DNA of 63,425 nt, filler included, from Bigelowiella natans CCMP2755 (GCA_000320545.1; 4 parts of 4 records of this genome joined end to end with filler, not necessarily neighbours in it), one strand, 5' to 3'; counted from the first letter of the whole stretch, positions 1 through 16,149 are shown. Numbers and translations are program-made. The notes: a model not told the origin generated them from the letters alone.

Positions 1-121
1 ACCTGTGAACCTGAATGGAGAGCGAGCATAAAAACGGCGTTTTCACACAGCCCTCTTCCGACTGTTAAATTTTTCACATTTTAAAATACAAACTTTAAAT
101 GTTTATTTTTCCAATGTATAG

Positions 122-2407
122 GCAAAGATTGGGAAGTAAAGCTGGTTGAGAAGATGAACGCACAAAGAGAAGCCAGGCGATTAGCAGCACACAAACTCAA
201 ACTGCAGGAAGCGAAATTTCAGGAAGAGTTAAGAAAAAGAGAACAAGAAAGAATCAAAGTTGCTCGTCAGCGTGCTCATGAGAGGTAATACAATTCGTCC
301 AGCTCAAAATGTACACATATAACATTTTCATCTATTTTGTCAGGTATGAGCGGCGATTAAAGCTTCAGCGAGAGCAGGAAATTCAGGTTGAAGAACAACA
401 AAGGTCGTTACTTCTGCATTCATCCCATTTTTACTCTTCTTCCCTTCTTCGTCAATGATGACTTTGTTCACAAAAAATGATAACGACGAAACGATCAATC
501 AATTATGAATCATCGTCATAGAAATATTAGATGATACAGCAACTTGCCAAGCACTAAATGCACTCACCATGCAATTGAAGGAAGCAACAATTATGAAAAC
601 ATTAAAATAAAAGCGTCCAGCTGACCTATACATGTCACGTGAGCAAAGAGATACAATTTGAGTGAAATTATATCATCAGCATTACAACAGCATAATTTTA
701 TGTATCAGGTCCTTGGAAGAAAAATCGAAGAGGATGGAGGTTGATTTTACATAGTAGTCGTAATGAACTAATGAGGAGATGTTGCAATGTTAATGGTGAT
801 GAAAAGTCCGCAAGCGTTATACTTAATGGGAGTCAATACATAGGAACGGGACGCAATTAGACGGATGAATATAAAGCGTAAGAAGGAAGAACTTGCAAAA
901 CAGCAGCAGGTATTGTATTAGTCGTCATGGCAGTTAAACTCCTTGGTTATCAAATTCAACTACGCATGCACGCAATCGCGCACATCGTAAGCACATACCA
1001 TTCACAAACAAACCATACACTACTACTACTACTACTACTACTACTGTATATGATGCGACAATATTGCCTGCATCAATGCCATAATAACCTTCTTGTCTAA
1101 TCCTAGTCCACTATTATAATTGTAGCTAAAAGCAGAGCTAGCTCAGCAACGAGTGGCTGGAGTGATGGAGGAAAATCAGAGAGCCATTGAAACAAGGTCG
1201 TCCGTTAATCTTGTGTGCTGTGCGAGTGTGCCTAAATGACTATTGGAGTAACACTTATTAACAAACGTAGACGACTTCAATTGGCGGAAAAAATGAGAAA
1301 ACAGCATGAACGAATGCAAAAGTTTGAGCTTATAAAACAAGAGCAGGTGCCCAATCTAAACATCCCATGTATCATCAGTTGATCAATACATAAGGATGAT
1401 AGCAAGAGATTATCATAAACCCGCGCTATTTTTCACTCATAAATAGACAAATATGCGTCGGAAGAAAAAACGAGAAAAGGAAGATCTTATGCGCCAGAGC
1501 CGAAAGGAAGCAAATTTGGAGGTAGTTAACTCAAAAAACTCTATTTAGTATGGGATATCGTCGAATTGTTCTTCCTGGAACTAAAGATAGTAGGGTTATT
1601 TCTCCCTCTCTCTTGGTCTATTTTCCCCTAGATGCATATGTCTGTCCCTGTTCCCTTGTATTTACAAGCACGAATGTTGGGTCTTATGTATTGTCCTACG
1701 TGAATGACTGTCAGGAGGAGAAGCGAATTCAAGCCATACGTCTGAAAAATAAGCAATTTGCTGCAAATAAGAGGAAAATCGAGAAAGAGAGGGAGATGGC
1801 GAGGCGTTTCAAACAAGAAATGGCGAGGTATCGTCATGACAAATACTACTCTCCACTTATCATTATTGATTACTTAAACCACCATTAGGCTTAACAAGCT
1901 TCGGAAACTCCGAAACGTGGAACGTATGAAACGTATGGAGGAATATCGAAGGGAGGAATTAGAGATAAAGGTAGTGTATATTCGAATTGTATAAAATCAC
2001 ATAAATGCAGCTGCTCAGCCTCTCTTTCGTCAATAATGTCAATAATGTTAAAGGTGCAGGAAGCTGAGGAGCGCACGCGCGTTCTTTTGGAGCAAAAGCA
2101 TGAGTTGATGCGACAGCGTCAGCGTAACCAGATCAAAGCGGCTGCTCAGAAAAAGCAGCTATTAGATTCATTCCAACAGCTTCGGTTAACGAAGAATTGG
2201 AAGGAAGTGGCCAAGTACTACAGATGCGAAAACATATCAATGAATAAAACTCCCTTAGAAATATATTAGTTCCACCACTTGAATGTTTTCCCTCTAAATT
2301 TACATAACCACCATGTTTTTTAACATATTTCCTACAGGACAAATCAAAATCGCAAGTTCTTACCTGCAGCTGTGGCTTCTTCATCAAGCTCTAGGGGCAA
2401 TCGATGA
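122..2407 (+). CDS. Multi-exon gene for a charged coiled-coil protein (E/K/R/Q-rich); 5' end probably outside the window
   Basis: About 10 short GT-AG-bounded exons translating to charged helical text (KDWEVKLVEKMNAQREARRLAAHKLKLQEAKFQEELRKREQERIK; EEKRIQAIRLKNKQFAANKRKIEKEREMARRFKQEMAR; VQEAEERTRVLLEQKHELMRQRQRNQIKAAAQKKQLLDSF). No diagnostic motif; both ends approximate. Confidence 0.65.
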
Positions 2408-3700
2408 AGTGATGCCTAATAATCTAATCGGTGTGGGTGGAAGAGAGCATCTACATCTACAAGATAAATAAGTGCACGATAGAAACGAGTTTTTAGGGAT
2501 CGGGCGCTACTTTTCGATGAGCACATGTTCGACAAGACGAATTTCTCTCTGTGTGTGTCTCTAGATAGTCACAAGGTCTCTTCCACATGTAGTACACTCT
2601 GTTTTAGTGTGACGAGACGTTTCGGGTTTCGGGCTCGATCCCGCAGGTTGCTGAATTCCACACCGCACATAGCTCTAGATCTAGACAGGCTTCTCCTTGT
2701 GAACACACAATATCTCTTCATTTGCATTCTGGTTATGCAATGCATGTGATTTCGTGTACTACGTGTGTAGAAAAATGAAATCCAATGCAATTGCAACGTT
2801 GTGGGCCCATCTAGCCATCTAGAAGGTGCTGCGTGTGCTGCAATTCGTCTCAGCGGCGCCAACAATTGAAAGAATGCTGTTTCAAACTGCAGTTTGTTCA
2901 CATCATCATTGCCGCGCGCTGACATTGTGGGCTCTGATGCAGAGTAGCGGATATAGAGTGCCAGATAAGAACACAAAGTTGCCCGCACGGTCCATCACAT
3001 TTGCAATTTCTGCATGTAGCAATGAGTCTATAGGTGCAGTGTGGGTCCGTGCTAGCGCACAATCATGCGTGTCTAGCGTGTGCCTTGCTCGTTGGACCGC
3101 GAAGGTGCAATGATGTCACATGCAAGTCATCACGTTCTCGCGTTCTAGCGTTGCTAGCTTGGTAGCAGTGCGCCATCATGGCATGGCTAGACGCACAGCT
3201 CCAAAAGTGAACACGATGAACGCCCACCACCACAACACCTTGCATTGTTGGCGCTGTCTAGCTGTGGCCGCTGCATTGCACAGCGACGTGAGGATGACGA
3301 CCATCTAGACGTGCTGAACAAGTTTGATTGCGATTCATCACATCCGTCTTGCACCTTGTGCGTGGGTGTGTGATAATGGTGCGTGCTTGGCAGTGCGATG
3401 CATCGCTACCGCGTTTGCCTGCGTTCTGGCGTTGTCGATCATGTCGTTGCACGCTGGCTCGCTAGCTGTGCGTGCACATGCATGTGTGCACATGCACGTT
3501 GTCCACAGTGAATTCATTCGCCGTGCAATCAACCTACTGATGCGAAATAGCTAGCATTGTTGCACGAAATGAGTAGCATTGTTCCACGACAATTTTGACG
3601 TTGCGGTGTTCATTTTGACGTGAACACATTTTGAGTCAACCTTCCGTATTATATTTGAACATTTGAGACCCTTCGGCTGGGAACAAGGTTACATATTCCC

Positions 3701-5176
3701 CTAACTGGCTCGGTGTTCAAGAAATTCTTTAAGTTCTTCTTCATTTGCTCCATTGGCCTTGAGTATGTAAAAAGCCATCTTTTCAGTCCGTATTCGACCC
3801 CACCTGAAAAAAATTAATTTCGTAGAGTTCTCTAACTCTTGTAATATCACCATTCAGTACCATTATTGCAATTTGATCTCACCTGTTCACAATAATGCCG
3901 ACTACAATTAAATGTAACATCCACAGGGCTGTCGTCACTCGGAAAAAAAATGCATATCTACAATTACAAGGAAGATGAAATTGATTTTTATTTATCATTT
4001 TGGCTGGTGAGTCACTTACGTTGGTGTGTCGACAGCGTATGCGTTCTTACATCGTTCAGTACGATGCATTGCGAGATAGATACCCTAGAATGAAAATTAA
4101 CTGTGATAATCTACAACACATAATTAATACATTATGATCCGTACATATAATGTACCCATACGAACATCCCCACAACGATTGCATCCGTTACAGCAGCAAT
4201 AACAGTTATCAAGCAGGTACTGCAACAGAATGAAATTATAAATTAATATATTGCACCATTGAGGGTCTAGATGATGTAATCACCTCTGATATACTTTTGT
4301 TCCTACATAACAACCAGAGACCACTGCATCGATGCAAAATTGTCATAAAACAGACTTAATATTATATGCAATTAGAATGATACTTGTAGCAGAGAGGGCG
4401 ACTACACTGAGGGCTATGTACCTAATTGGAGAGTTTTAGTGAAAGATGTGATTGTTACGAACTCCTAGCGCACTTACTCAAAGGTGCCATCAGATTTATT
4501 AGATGATGGAGATGAAATGTGCTCTATATCTCCCTTTTGCGTACACGTCAAATTCCAATTTTTTAAGACGACTGGCAAAAGTAGTAAGCTCAGCAATGTC
4601 ATTTGTAGTTTTGAGTGTTCAACATTGTTACCTATAGCCCAAGCGGTATATGCCAAATATGTAATCATTAAGAATATTAGTCCGTGCACAAATATGAACA
4701 CTGGCCATCTACGCACATTAAGTTGGAATTCATTCTAGCATGACACTTTCCTGCGAACAACTTACCCTGCATAATTTCGGAAGCAACAACAAGCTCTCCG
4801 TCTACCTCCAGATGATTTTTGAAAAGAACTTCTCGAATTTTGAGTAGCTACGGCAACATCAAATTTTCCTCGACATGTGGCACTTGTTCGACTTTTCTGC
4901 AGTGATGTGTAAATTGTTGTATTATACAGTAACAATAAGAAAATTGATCGTAGTGACCTTGTTGAAGTGTCCATCATGGTCCAACTGCATGATCAAATCG
5001 TTCCCCTGAACACAGGATTTTCGGCCACTCTCAATAGTAGCGAGACTTGGAGATTTAAGGTTGCCTATTGTATCCAAACTCAGGCAGAGTCCACTTTCTT
5101 TCTCGCAGCGTTTGACATCTAGATCTTGTGGAGGGGATTTCATCCTAATATCAGCAACTCCGTCCTCCATGATCAT
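3701..5176 (-). CDS. Multi-exon hypothetical multi-pass membrane protein
   Basis: Minus-strand exons with hydrophobic segments (RWPVFIFVHGLIFLMITYLAYTAWAI; MTLLSLLLLPVVL; TCLITVIAAVTDAIVVGMF). Last exon reads WGRIRTEKMAFYILKANGANEEELKEFLEHRAS* with stop at 3701-3703. Family not recognised; 5' exon structure uncertain. Confidence 0.5.
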
Positions 5177-5582
5177 CGTGCACTCAGCGCCTGTGAATCA
5201 TGCGATTTTTGGCTTACGTCAAGGGAAAAGTTGGGCACATTGCTTTAAATCAATGGTATTCATAATGTGAGACAACTACTTAAGATTTCGTGGGAAACAA
5301 CGTAGTTTTTTTGCAACACATACATCTGAAAGCATCTATTTGATAAATAAATTAGTGTTGCAATGGCTCATTCCTCCTTAAATCCCCTGCATTTCGTAGC
5401 AGAATGCGTCTAGTATCATCTATTGGAGCCTTCAATTTTGTTCCATACAGGTAGGTAGGTGGTGTAAAGGCAGCTTTAGGGAGGGAGGGAAGGAAGAGGA
5501 ACAAACATCACCACGTCTGCTGTTCACAATTGGTCCAGACCATGACAGTATAAGAAGTCAATTTCCTATGCCTTGTCAGACA

Positions 5583-7130
<1,548 letters not shown>

Positions 7131-8319
7131 TTTGGTGTTTGGTCCTTTATACACAGACTGCGCTTGCTGCTTTTTGCATAAAGTTTTTGAAAATCAACAC
7201 CAAGACATCTGCACATTTAATAGTAACTCACAGCTCGTAAGTGATACACATCGTCGTTTATTTAGATTGTGCTCAGTCTGCACCATAAAGTAATTCAGTC
7301 AGCATCATCATTCCCCCTTGCATATTTTGATCACACTTGCGTACTTAAATTCTCATTTTGCATAGTAAATCTATACATTATTATCTAGATATATCGGATG
7401 TAGTGTACTATGAATCTATGAATGTACTCTCCCTGCAGTAGCAAAAAGTACTAGACTTTTCTGCTGCAGTATGTGCATATCGCACATAGCAGTACGTCGT
7501 ACACAAGTTTTGTGTGGTAGGCAATGCCCGATCGATCACGCGCCTACATTGCAACAGCTAATGCGCTTTGGAAAAGATCACAGAGAACTCTCACATCGAG
7601 ACGAGATCATTCTAGATTTGTTGAAATGATCCTCTAGTCTAGTAGTTCTCGCACGCTTCTGCCATGACTAGATGACTCTCAATGACAGGAAGAGCAAGAG
7701 AGAGAGAGAGAGAGAGAGAGAGATGTGCTGCGCGTGCCAATTGGTGGCGTGCTAGTGTGTGCGCAGTGTGGACAGTCTAGCAGTGCACTAGTGCAAGTAG
7801 CACAGCACACACAACAGACTGTCTAGCTGTGCTAGTGCAGCAGAGTCATCATGCACAAGTGCATGCACGAAGGACAGCAATGCTAGAATGGCCATGCGAG
7901 CATGTCTAGATGTGTCGTCATGCCATCTAGCCATCAAAGCAACATCTCAATGCTGCGACATTGTCCCCCTCTAGCCCTCTCCATGGCCATGTGTGTGTGT
8001 GTTGATCAGCTTGCCTGTGCACCACTGCTAGACTGGCAAGCTAGCTCTAGCAGCTAGAGCTGGTGGCTGCCCAGTCGGCAGCCAGAGCATATTTCTTTGC
8101 TTCTTTCAGAGGCGGCCCCACCACTCACCGTCGTCGGCGATTAGAACCAGATTGCATTTGCAAACAGTCTGCGCTTGCCATGAGTTTTGTCATCTGTGAT
8201 GCATGCTGTTGTGGTTCATGCTCTCAGAGTCATCATCTTTTTGTCAATGTCATTGAATCTGCAATTTGCGTTTGTTGCTGTGCATTGATGAGTGCGCAAT
8301 GACAAGCTAGCAAGAGAGA

Positions 8320-8366
<47 letters not shown>

Positions 8367-8713
8367 GTGTACTCACGTGCACTTATTGTGCTAGCGCAGG
8401 TGACACTACTAGACAAGCTTCGTATATTCGCACTAGCTTGTCATTATTGGAAGTGCTAGAGTCGTGTTCGTAAGTGATGGTGATTTTCGCTCAGCAAATG
8501 AAATGTGCATGATGAACACTGCACGCGCGCCGCTGTTGATCAACGTGACTGTGCATGATCTTCTGAAAGACTAATGCGCATTTGGTGGACAGCTAGACCG
8601 CCATTTCAATAAGCATCTGGATATGCATGACACCTAGCTAAATGTCAAATGAACCGTCATGATCGAAGTCGCTAATGCCTCATGCATACCCAGACATATG
8701 CCTAGATGCACTT

Positions 8714-9321
8714 CTACAGTTCAAGACTCTGTTTGACAGAGGTGAGTGCTTGAGTGACAGCCTGAATATGGTATCACAATGCAATTAAGTAAGCAAGGAG
8801 ATGGTTGGTTGGTTCCTAAATGGTATGGATGATGGATGACAGGTATGGCCGGGTTGTGATGTTGGCGTGACAGCGTAAAACCAATTTATTGGTTATTGTA
8901 AGTTTATGCACTCGTTACTACCTTCGAAACATCTACAATCTCCTTTAGCTTAGACTCTGTCCTCACAAATGGCTGTAGTCTGCGGGAGAAATTCAATGGA
9001 AAGTAAAGTATATAGATTCAAAAGATATAGGATGAATATATCATGTGAAGTGCAAGTTGATAGATAAGTACCAGCAATTAAAATAGCATAAAAAGAGGCA
9101 TATCACGAAAGAATGGACTTCTTCAACCTGCCACGAATTTTGTCAGGATGGTATCGAAGATATAAAGTCCGGAGAATTCGCTTTGCCTCAGATCTAGAAA
9201 CAAAAGCATTGGTACATTAAACATCGTCAACGGTTTCGTCGCAATCAATTATATCGATGATAGCTAAAAAGGGAAAGATGCTTCAGTATATTGCGAATAA
9301 TGCCCGTGTAGCCTAAGAATA

Positions 9322-9365
<44 letters not shown>

Positions 9366-10546
9366 ATTCCCCCCCCTCCCTGTCTCTCTCTCTCTGACTG
9401 GCACAATTAATATGGCACAATTAATATCCCCTTTTAAACATATTCTCCACCTTTTATTCCTTCCGCCGTTCTTACTGCCGTTTTTGCCCATCATTTTTAG
9501 TAATGTATTTTTTAAGTCACCAAAATAACCTAAAAGATGACGAGAGATTATTCAAGAAATACTGAAGATCAATAAAAGAGAAAAGGATACATGGTTTTGT
9601 GATTCATAATAATTTAAACAGACAACGTTTATTTGCCTGTTGCTTATGAAGTAAATGCGAGATAAGGGGAAGGGGGTGATGATAGTGGTCATATATCTCT
9701 TCTTCACACTTGTATATCTATAATGCTGTATTGCTTTCTGCAACAACTCAAAATAAATATCCTGCTCCTATTAATAATCTGCGGGTATACTGCTGACTGA
9801 CAACACCGCTAATTACTCACAGACGGACCGAAAGTGTCTGGTTTTGGTGCTCCTGTTTCGTAGGGAGGGGGGGTTGGAAAAGGGATGTCGTCCAACTCAA
9901 GCTCCTTTTTCCTTATGCCCATCCTCTTTTCATTTTTGTTACTTGACAAGGAAACGGGGGGGGGGGAAGTGGACACAATAGAAGCCGTGCCTGAAGAGGA
10001 GAAAGACGATAATGCTATCTTCTCCTGGCGATTACACTCTCCTTGTTCCCCTTTTGCAAAGCACTCTTCTCCGCCCACTAGCATGTTTTTGAAGCTGAAT
10101 TCAGATGTTCAGAAAGGTAAAGAGGAAGATTATGATGACAATGATTATGATGAATACTCACAGCCAATCACATGTCACTGCTGTTATCATTAGTGCCCCC
10201 CCCAAAATTGTACTTCCATCTACAGCAGCAGATGATATTCGAGCACTTTATTGCTACTACTAACTATCACCATTACTACTACCACTCACTACCACTACTA
10301 CCTTAGCCACTTATGTTCAATTTCCACAAACTTTTCATCACTGCCTGGAAGATGGTGATATTTTCCACTGCTGCTACTTCTTTTTCTTCTCCTTTTCCTT
10401 TTACTTCGCTGTTGCCATTTCTCATCGTTGCCAGTGCCGCCATCGTCGTCGTCGTCGTCGTCGTCATCATCATCATGAACCACTAAGGCCTGGCGAGCCT
10501 TTGCTGATAATAATAACCCAATACTGATCTAAAATATTACGACGAC

Positions 10547-10577
<31 letters not shown>

Positions 10578-11790
10578 GTGGCCAAAATTAATTTAAATAC
10601 TACGTTATACTTCATTGTCAAGTATAGAGTTAGTCACTTAGTAAATAGTAGTAGAGTAGTGGTAGCAGTAGTAGTAGGTAGTAGAAGCGTTACTATCATT
10701 ATTATTATTACTATTATTATTATGATTATTACTACCTAAAAGAGCTTGTGCCCTTAGTAAATCAGCCCACTCCTCGCTACTCATAGCTTTCTCCTTGACG
10801 GCATCTTCTTCCAACTCTCCCCATAATCTTTACGCAGTAGTAGCAGTAGTAGTAGTAGTAGTAGTATATGGAGGAGGTGGAATAGCAATAATGACAGAAA
10901 CCGATAAATAGCGACAAGCACGGCAAGGTTGGAGGGAGACGAGTAAAGGTTTGTTGTATAATTTTGATATGTTCCAATAACATTAATAGCATTACCGTTC
11001 AAACCAACGTTCGTGTGTTGCTTCATCGCCAAGGTTTTCTCTTGTAAATTATTGAGTAACAGGGGTTTTCTTGTAAATTATTCAGTAACGGGATCCATCC
11101 ACATTTTATTAGACGTAGGAACGTTGCTATCGTGCTCCTCCAACAACCATTATTATATCTTATTGCGAATATTTACACTATTGATGAAAAGAAAGCTAAA
11201 AATCAACCAACCGTTGTTCACTGATAACTGCCATTTGCAACTTTTTGTTCCATGCTGCTTTCTCCCTTTGATGATAAATTATTGGAAATTGTTAAATGTC
11301 TTCTTGCAGAGAGTGATAACTTGAATGTGGTATAAAGATTGATGAAAATGAGGCTATCACTAATTTTGCTGATGTGCTTGATGGAAATGGTAAGACCTCT
11401 TTCTCTTGGCTCTTTGGATAATCTCTTCGGCCTATCATTAATATTTTTACCATTTACCATAATCATCAGACGTCTAGCACCTACTACTTTCATACGTCTA
11501 GCACCTACTACTTGGTAGTAATATAGTTATCTATCATCAAAAGGATGATGGCTATAAGATTGAGCGCTCTCATATTTATTAATGTTCTTCAAGTAAAACC
11601 TTGCAAGAAATTGACATTTTCTACTGACTGCCACTATATAATTTTGTTGCCTTCTTCTCCTTCTTCTTCTTCTTTTGTACTAGTACTACTACTACTGGTA
11701 TCATGACGACTACTAATATTACCTGCCTCCTCTCTGTTTCTGCCTCTCTAGCCTTCTGAGCTTTTTGCACCTAAATCAAGTATTGAATGC

Positions 11791-11836
<46 letters not shown>

Positions 11837-12562
11837 AAAATATACAGAATTTCAATAATATATATATATATACTCCAACCGCGATCCTCATATGGTATAT
11901 TCTGTATGTATATTACGCAATGATATAGATTTATTGATGTTGTGTTGCATTTGAGGCATGACGTATTATTTATTAGGGTTTGTATCCTAGCAGCAGCAGC
12001 AGCAGCAGCAGCACCCGTATCTCTGCTAATGAGGCTTTCTTGGCAAGCTGCATCATTTGATCTAGACCTAATGTCCTGTAACACATACACCACCCAGAAA
12101 TTACCATTAATTATGCAGCCATTCTAAGTATAGCTAAAATATGCCTTAAAAACACATCTGCTGCTGCTATCCATGCTCAGCAGTATTGCCTTGGTGTCGT
12201 AACGCCATCTTTGGCTTCAAGATCGCTATCACCATATGCTCCTGTAAAATACATGGCACTTGTTTATTTCATCATTACCTTCCTTTCTTATGTTTCTCTT
12301 ATTATTATACGTAGGCTACTGCTTTATTAGGGTTCCTCTCTTATGTTTCTCTTATTATTTTACGTAGGCTGCTGCTTTATTATCGGTGTATTTTTCTTTG
12401 AGTACCTGCTTCGGTTAGAAGCCATTTGACAAGCATAAACGCCGTTCGTTTCTTGCATGCGAAATGTAGCGGTGTAAAGCCACTGATAGGGTGGATTGTA
12501 CGCACAGATACTCCAGATCTAAATAGCCATCTTGCGATTGATAAGCGACCGAACTAATAGTT

Positions 12563-12603
<41 letters not shown>

Positions 12604-14042
12604 AACAAGAAGATGAGGATGAGATATCAAATAGGGATAATGGGTGCTGTCATATAGAGTCAAGCTGATGGTGGAGACCCTACTTCAGACTTATTTCATG
12701 AATTGCACCACCGTCTCCTTTTCTATTATTAATTACTCATCATCTTACTAGGCATGCTGTTTCCATCAAAGTAAGTTCTTCCCGTTGAAAATGTTGTTGT
12801 TTTTGTTTTCCCTCCGTCACTTGATCCTGGTCCGTCATAACTTCTGCTGCTGCTACTGCTGCATAAGAATTCTTCCTACGGCTTGGCTTCCTAATTCCAG
12901 TATAAAATCATCAATATGATCAAATTCACATTCAAATATTTTATTATGCCGTTACGCTGATTGAAAATAAAGTCGGCCTTTACCTTAAATTACGGAGGGA
13001 AATCGGCAGCTCAAATGACTCATTTTCGGGGGGGGTTATCGAGACGTCGAGTGGAGCTAGTCTTCCACCACAACCACCACTATCACCATCTCCATGAATA
13101 TTCTCTCTTTTTCTTTCTGCTAGCTGTATTGTGGCGAAGGCGGCGTCTTGCACAAGCTCTAGATCCCCGCTGTCCTCCACTGCTGAGAACATCACCTCCC
13201 AGATCTACTTCGTCGTATTATTTGTGATCTTAACACTAGGGGGGTCGACTGAAGTACAAACTAGTGCAGAATAATGCATATCCACAATTAAATGATATTT
13301 CTTCATCGTACCTGCTCCATGCTTAAGTGGCGAAACTTCTTCAGTCGGGACTCACGTCTCTGCTGCCTTTTCAATGCCTCCTAATACATCCATCCACATC
13401 ATCTACTTCACCGTCTTGTTGTGAATCATCATACCGAAAAACTCACTGCTGCGGTGACTTGGCGAGAATTAGGCTCCATTTTTGTCTCTATTGATTCAGA
13501 CCTTGATACTTTGAACACACACATCATTAAACACACACATCATTGAAAAGACAAGGATGAAGACTCTTATGAAATGAAATGACAATTCCTTATAATATAT
13601 CACACGGCGAGTACAAGATGCTACAAACTGGTGTTACAACCCTTCCGGTGTCCTCTGCTTCTACGGCTACTGCTACTACTGGTGGTAGTGGCAGTGGTGG
13701 TGATGATGGTTGTGCTACTGCTCCTGCGGCGCTCCTGGAGTCTACTTTGATAATCTGGTGTAGATTTCGGAGTTCGATCGTATCGCTTTCTCCCCCTTTT
13801 GCCCTGGATTCGCACAGGATCCTGAGCATACTTCCTCGAGTAGTAGTTTTGTCGCTCCGTTTCGTCCACCACATCGCTCGCCTATGGAAACGTAAGATTG
13901 TTTGACGACTTAATGATACGATACAGTGGATCTTTATCACCATTTTACGCCGCCGGTATTGGTCTCGATTTCTTCTCATCAGGAGGGGCCGCGAATGTTA
14001 AGACGATGATCTATCTTCAGGTTGCTGCAAGTTGGTGGGACT

Positions 14043-14090
<48 letters not shown>

Positions 14091-15410
14091 CTCCCTCTCT
14101 ATATCTCTCCGTCTCCATCCCTCTCCGGAAAGCAGCCATCCACACTTCCTAAGACACAGAGACGATTGAATTTAAATTGCTTTGTTTTTTACATGCGACA
14201 CAGCAAGTATGTTGTCGCAGTACCATATTTCAATCTGTGGTTTTTACATTCAGTGCGACAAAGGTAAATATGTTGTCGCAGTACGAAATTATGGGGCTGT
14301 TACTACTATTATATGCAGACAATGGCTCTTTCCCTCCTCAAATTCCGATACTATGAGGTTCCTGCAAAGCTGCCCAGCGTGCACTTTCCTTAACACGGTA
14401 GGTAGCAGCACCACGTTCCCCTCATTAAATCTCTGCTCATGCTTATAACAAGAACCTATAAATCCTCATCCAACGAAACAGGGAAACGCAAGTAAATGCG
14501 CTATCTGTAATACGCCTTTGCCCGAAATCCCATCAAAGTTTACGCTTATATTGGATGTAAACAAAAATTTCTATCAAGTATTCATAACGATGTAAATCCC
14601 ATTGAAGTCCACGTATTTTTTGGATGTAATCGAACCTTCTAATTTAGAAATGTACATGATGATACGCACCTCCGAAACACCATCGAATAACAAGCTTCTC
14701 ATGCTTACATAGACATGTTGGATATGATAGTAATCTTTACCCTTCGATGCTTCATTTAATTGTCCTCCTCATTTCGCGCACCATCATCATTATCATCATC
14801 ATCACCACCAACAACATCATCATCGACAGGTTGTTGGCCACAAATATCCAATATCCGTAGCATTTCCTTCAGATATTCAGTTTGGGTAGTAGTAGTAGCA
14901 GCAGCAGCAGCAGCAGCAGTAATAATAGTAGTTGAGTAGTAGTACAAGAGGTAATTATGATTTCTAGTAACAGCAGCAGTAGTAATGATAGTAGTAGTGG
15001 TAGTAGAAAAAATGAAGAAGACTTACTGCATTGAAAAATGCAGTTATTTTCAAATATACCTTGGCTTCTTGAAGTCCATGATCTCGCTACCATCTTCTTC
15101 ATCGCTCCTTCTTTGTTTCATATATTACTACTACTAGGTATTTGAAAACAAAGCTTGAGTCTATCACTGGAGTTCCGGCAGATTCACAAGTTAGTTGTAG
15201 CTGCTGCTGATGCTGGTGATTGTGAGTGGTGGTGATGGTGGGGTGGTGGTGGTAGTGCAGTGCGGGAGATACAATCAAATCGATCAGAAATAATGATATT
15301 TCTGCGTAGGCATTCTTTTCCCAGAGCTCTGGTGATTCAGCTTGCATCGATGGGGAAGATAATATATTATTCATTGACATTGCTCCCGAGGTCATCTTTA
15401 AGCTGCTCAC
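8714..15410 (-). CDS. Large multi-exon gene (possibly more than one) ending in an NFKBIL1-like / J-like HPD domain
   Basis: 3' exons read DDIPFPTPP ... SEAKRILRTLYLRYHPDKIRGR|LQPFVRTESKLKEIVDVSK|AVTQALTSVKQSLEL* (stop 8714-8716). This matches the DIPWP...RWHPDK pattern of the NFKBIL1-like C-terminus. Upstream exons lie among microsatellite-rich introns; the 5' extent is uncertain. Confidence 0.5.
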
Positions 15411-15588
15411 TCATCAATTTGTCAATCAATACTCCTATAACCAGCAACATGATGATGATGATGATGTACAGGTGGTGCAGAATCAGAAACCTATGAAAGT
15501 TGTTTTGAGCAGAAGAAATAAGAAGAAGGTGCTGCTATCGTATGCAGATAGTGTTGATGTATGATCAAGTAACTTTTATTGTTTGAAT

Positions 15589-15688
15589 NNNNNNNNNNNN
15601 NNNNNNNNNNNNNNNNNNNNNNNNNNNNNNNNTTAATTAATTAANNNNNNNNNNNNNNNNNNNNNNNNNNNNNNNNNNNNNNNNNNNN
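15589..15688. other. Assembly gap with artificial six-frame-stop linker
   Basis: 44 N + TTAATTAATTAA (15633-15644) + 44 N; same layout as the other two gaps. Confidence 0.95.
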
Positions 15689-15949
15689 AGCGCGCGTGCC
15701 TTATGAGGAGAAGGGGAGGGGGGAGGATTAGATACGAGTTTCTTTCTACTCTCTAGTGTTTACGTTCGTGTCGGCTTCCATCACATTACTGTCTCCGCAA
15801 ACAAACTCTTAATTTACTACCACTTCTACTACCACGCCTAATATGTTGTCTTCTACTACCTTGTCTTCCTGCTTCAGCAGCTTGGACGAGTGCTGCACGC
15901 ATTTGCCGACGAGAGTCTCCCTGTTATCATGCATCATGTGTCGGCAGAT

Positions 15950-16046
<97 letters not shown>

Positions 16047-16104
16047 CACCCCCCAATTGGTGGAGTAAATATGTTAAGTAATGTTTAGTTAATACGTATT
16101 TATA

Positions 16105-16149
<45 letters not shown>

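Noticed and set aside
15633-15644. TTAATTAATTAA palindrome, also at 47448-47459 and 53011-53022
   Set aside because: Always centred in 44+44 Ns. It is an artificial all-frame-stop linker, not a biological motif, and adjacency across it is not guaranteed.
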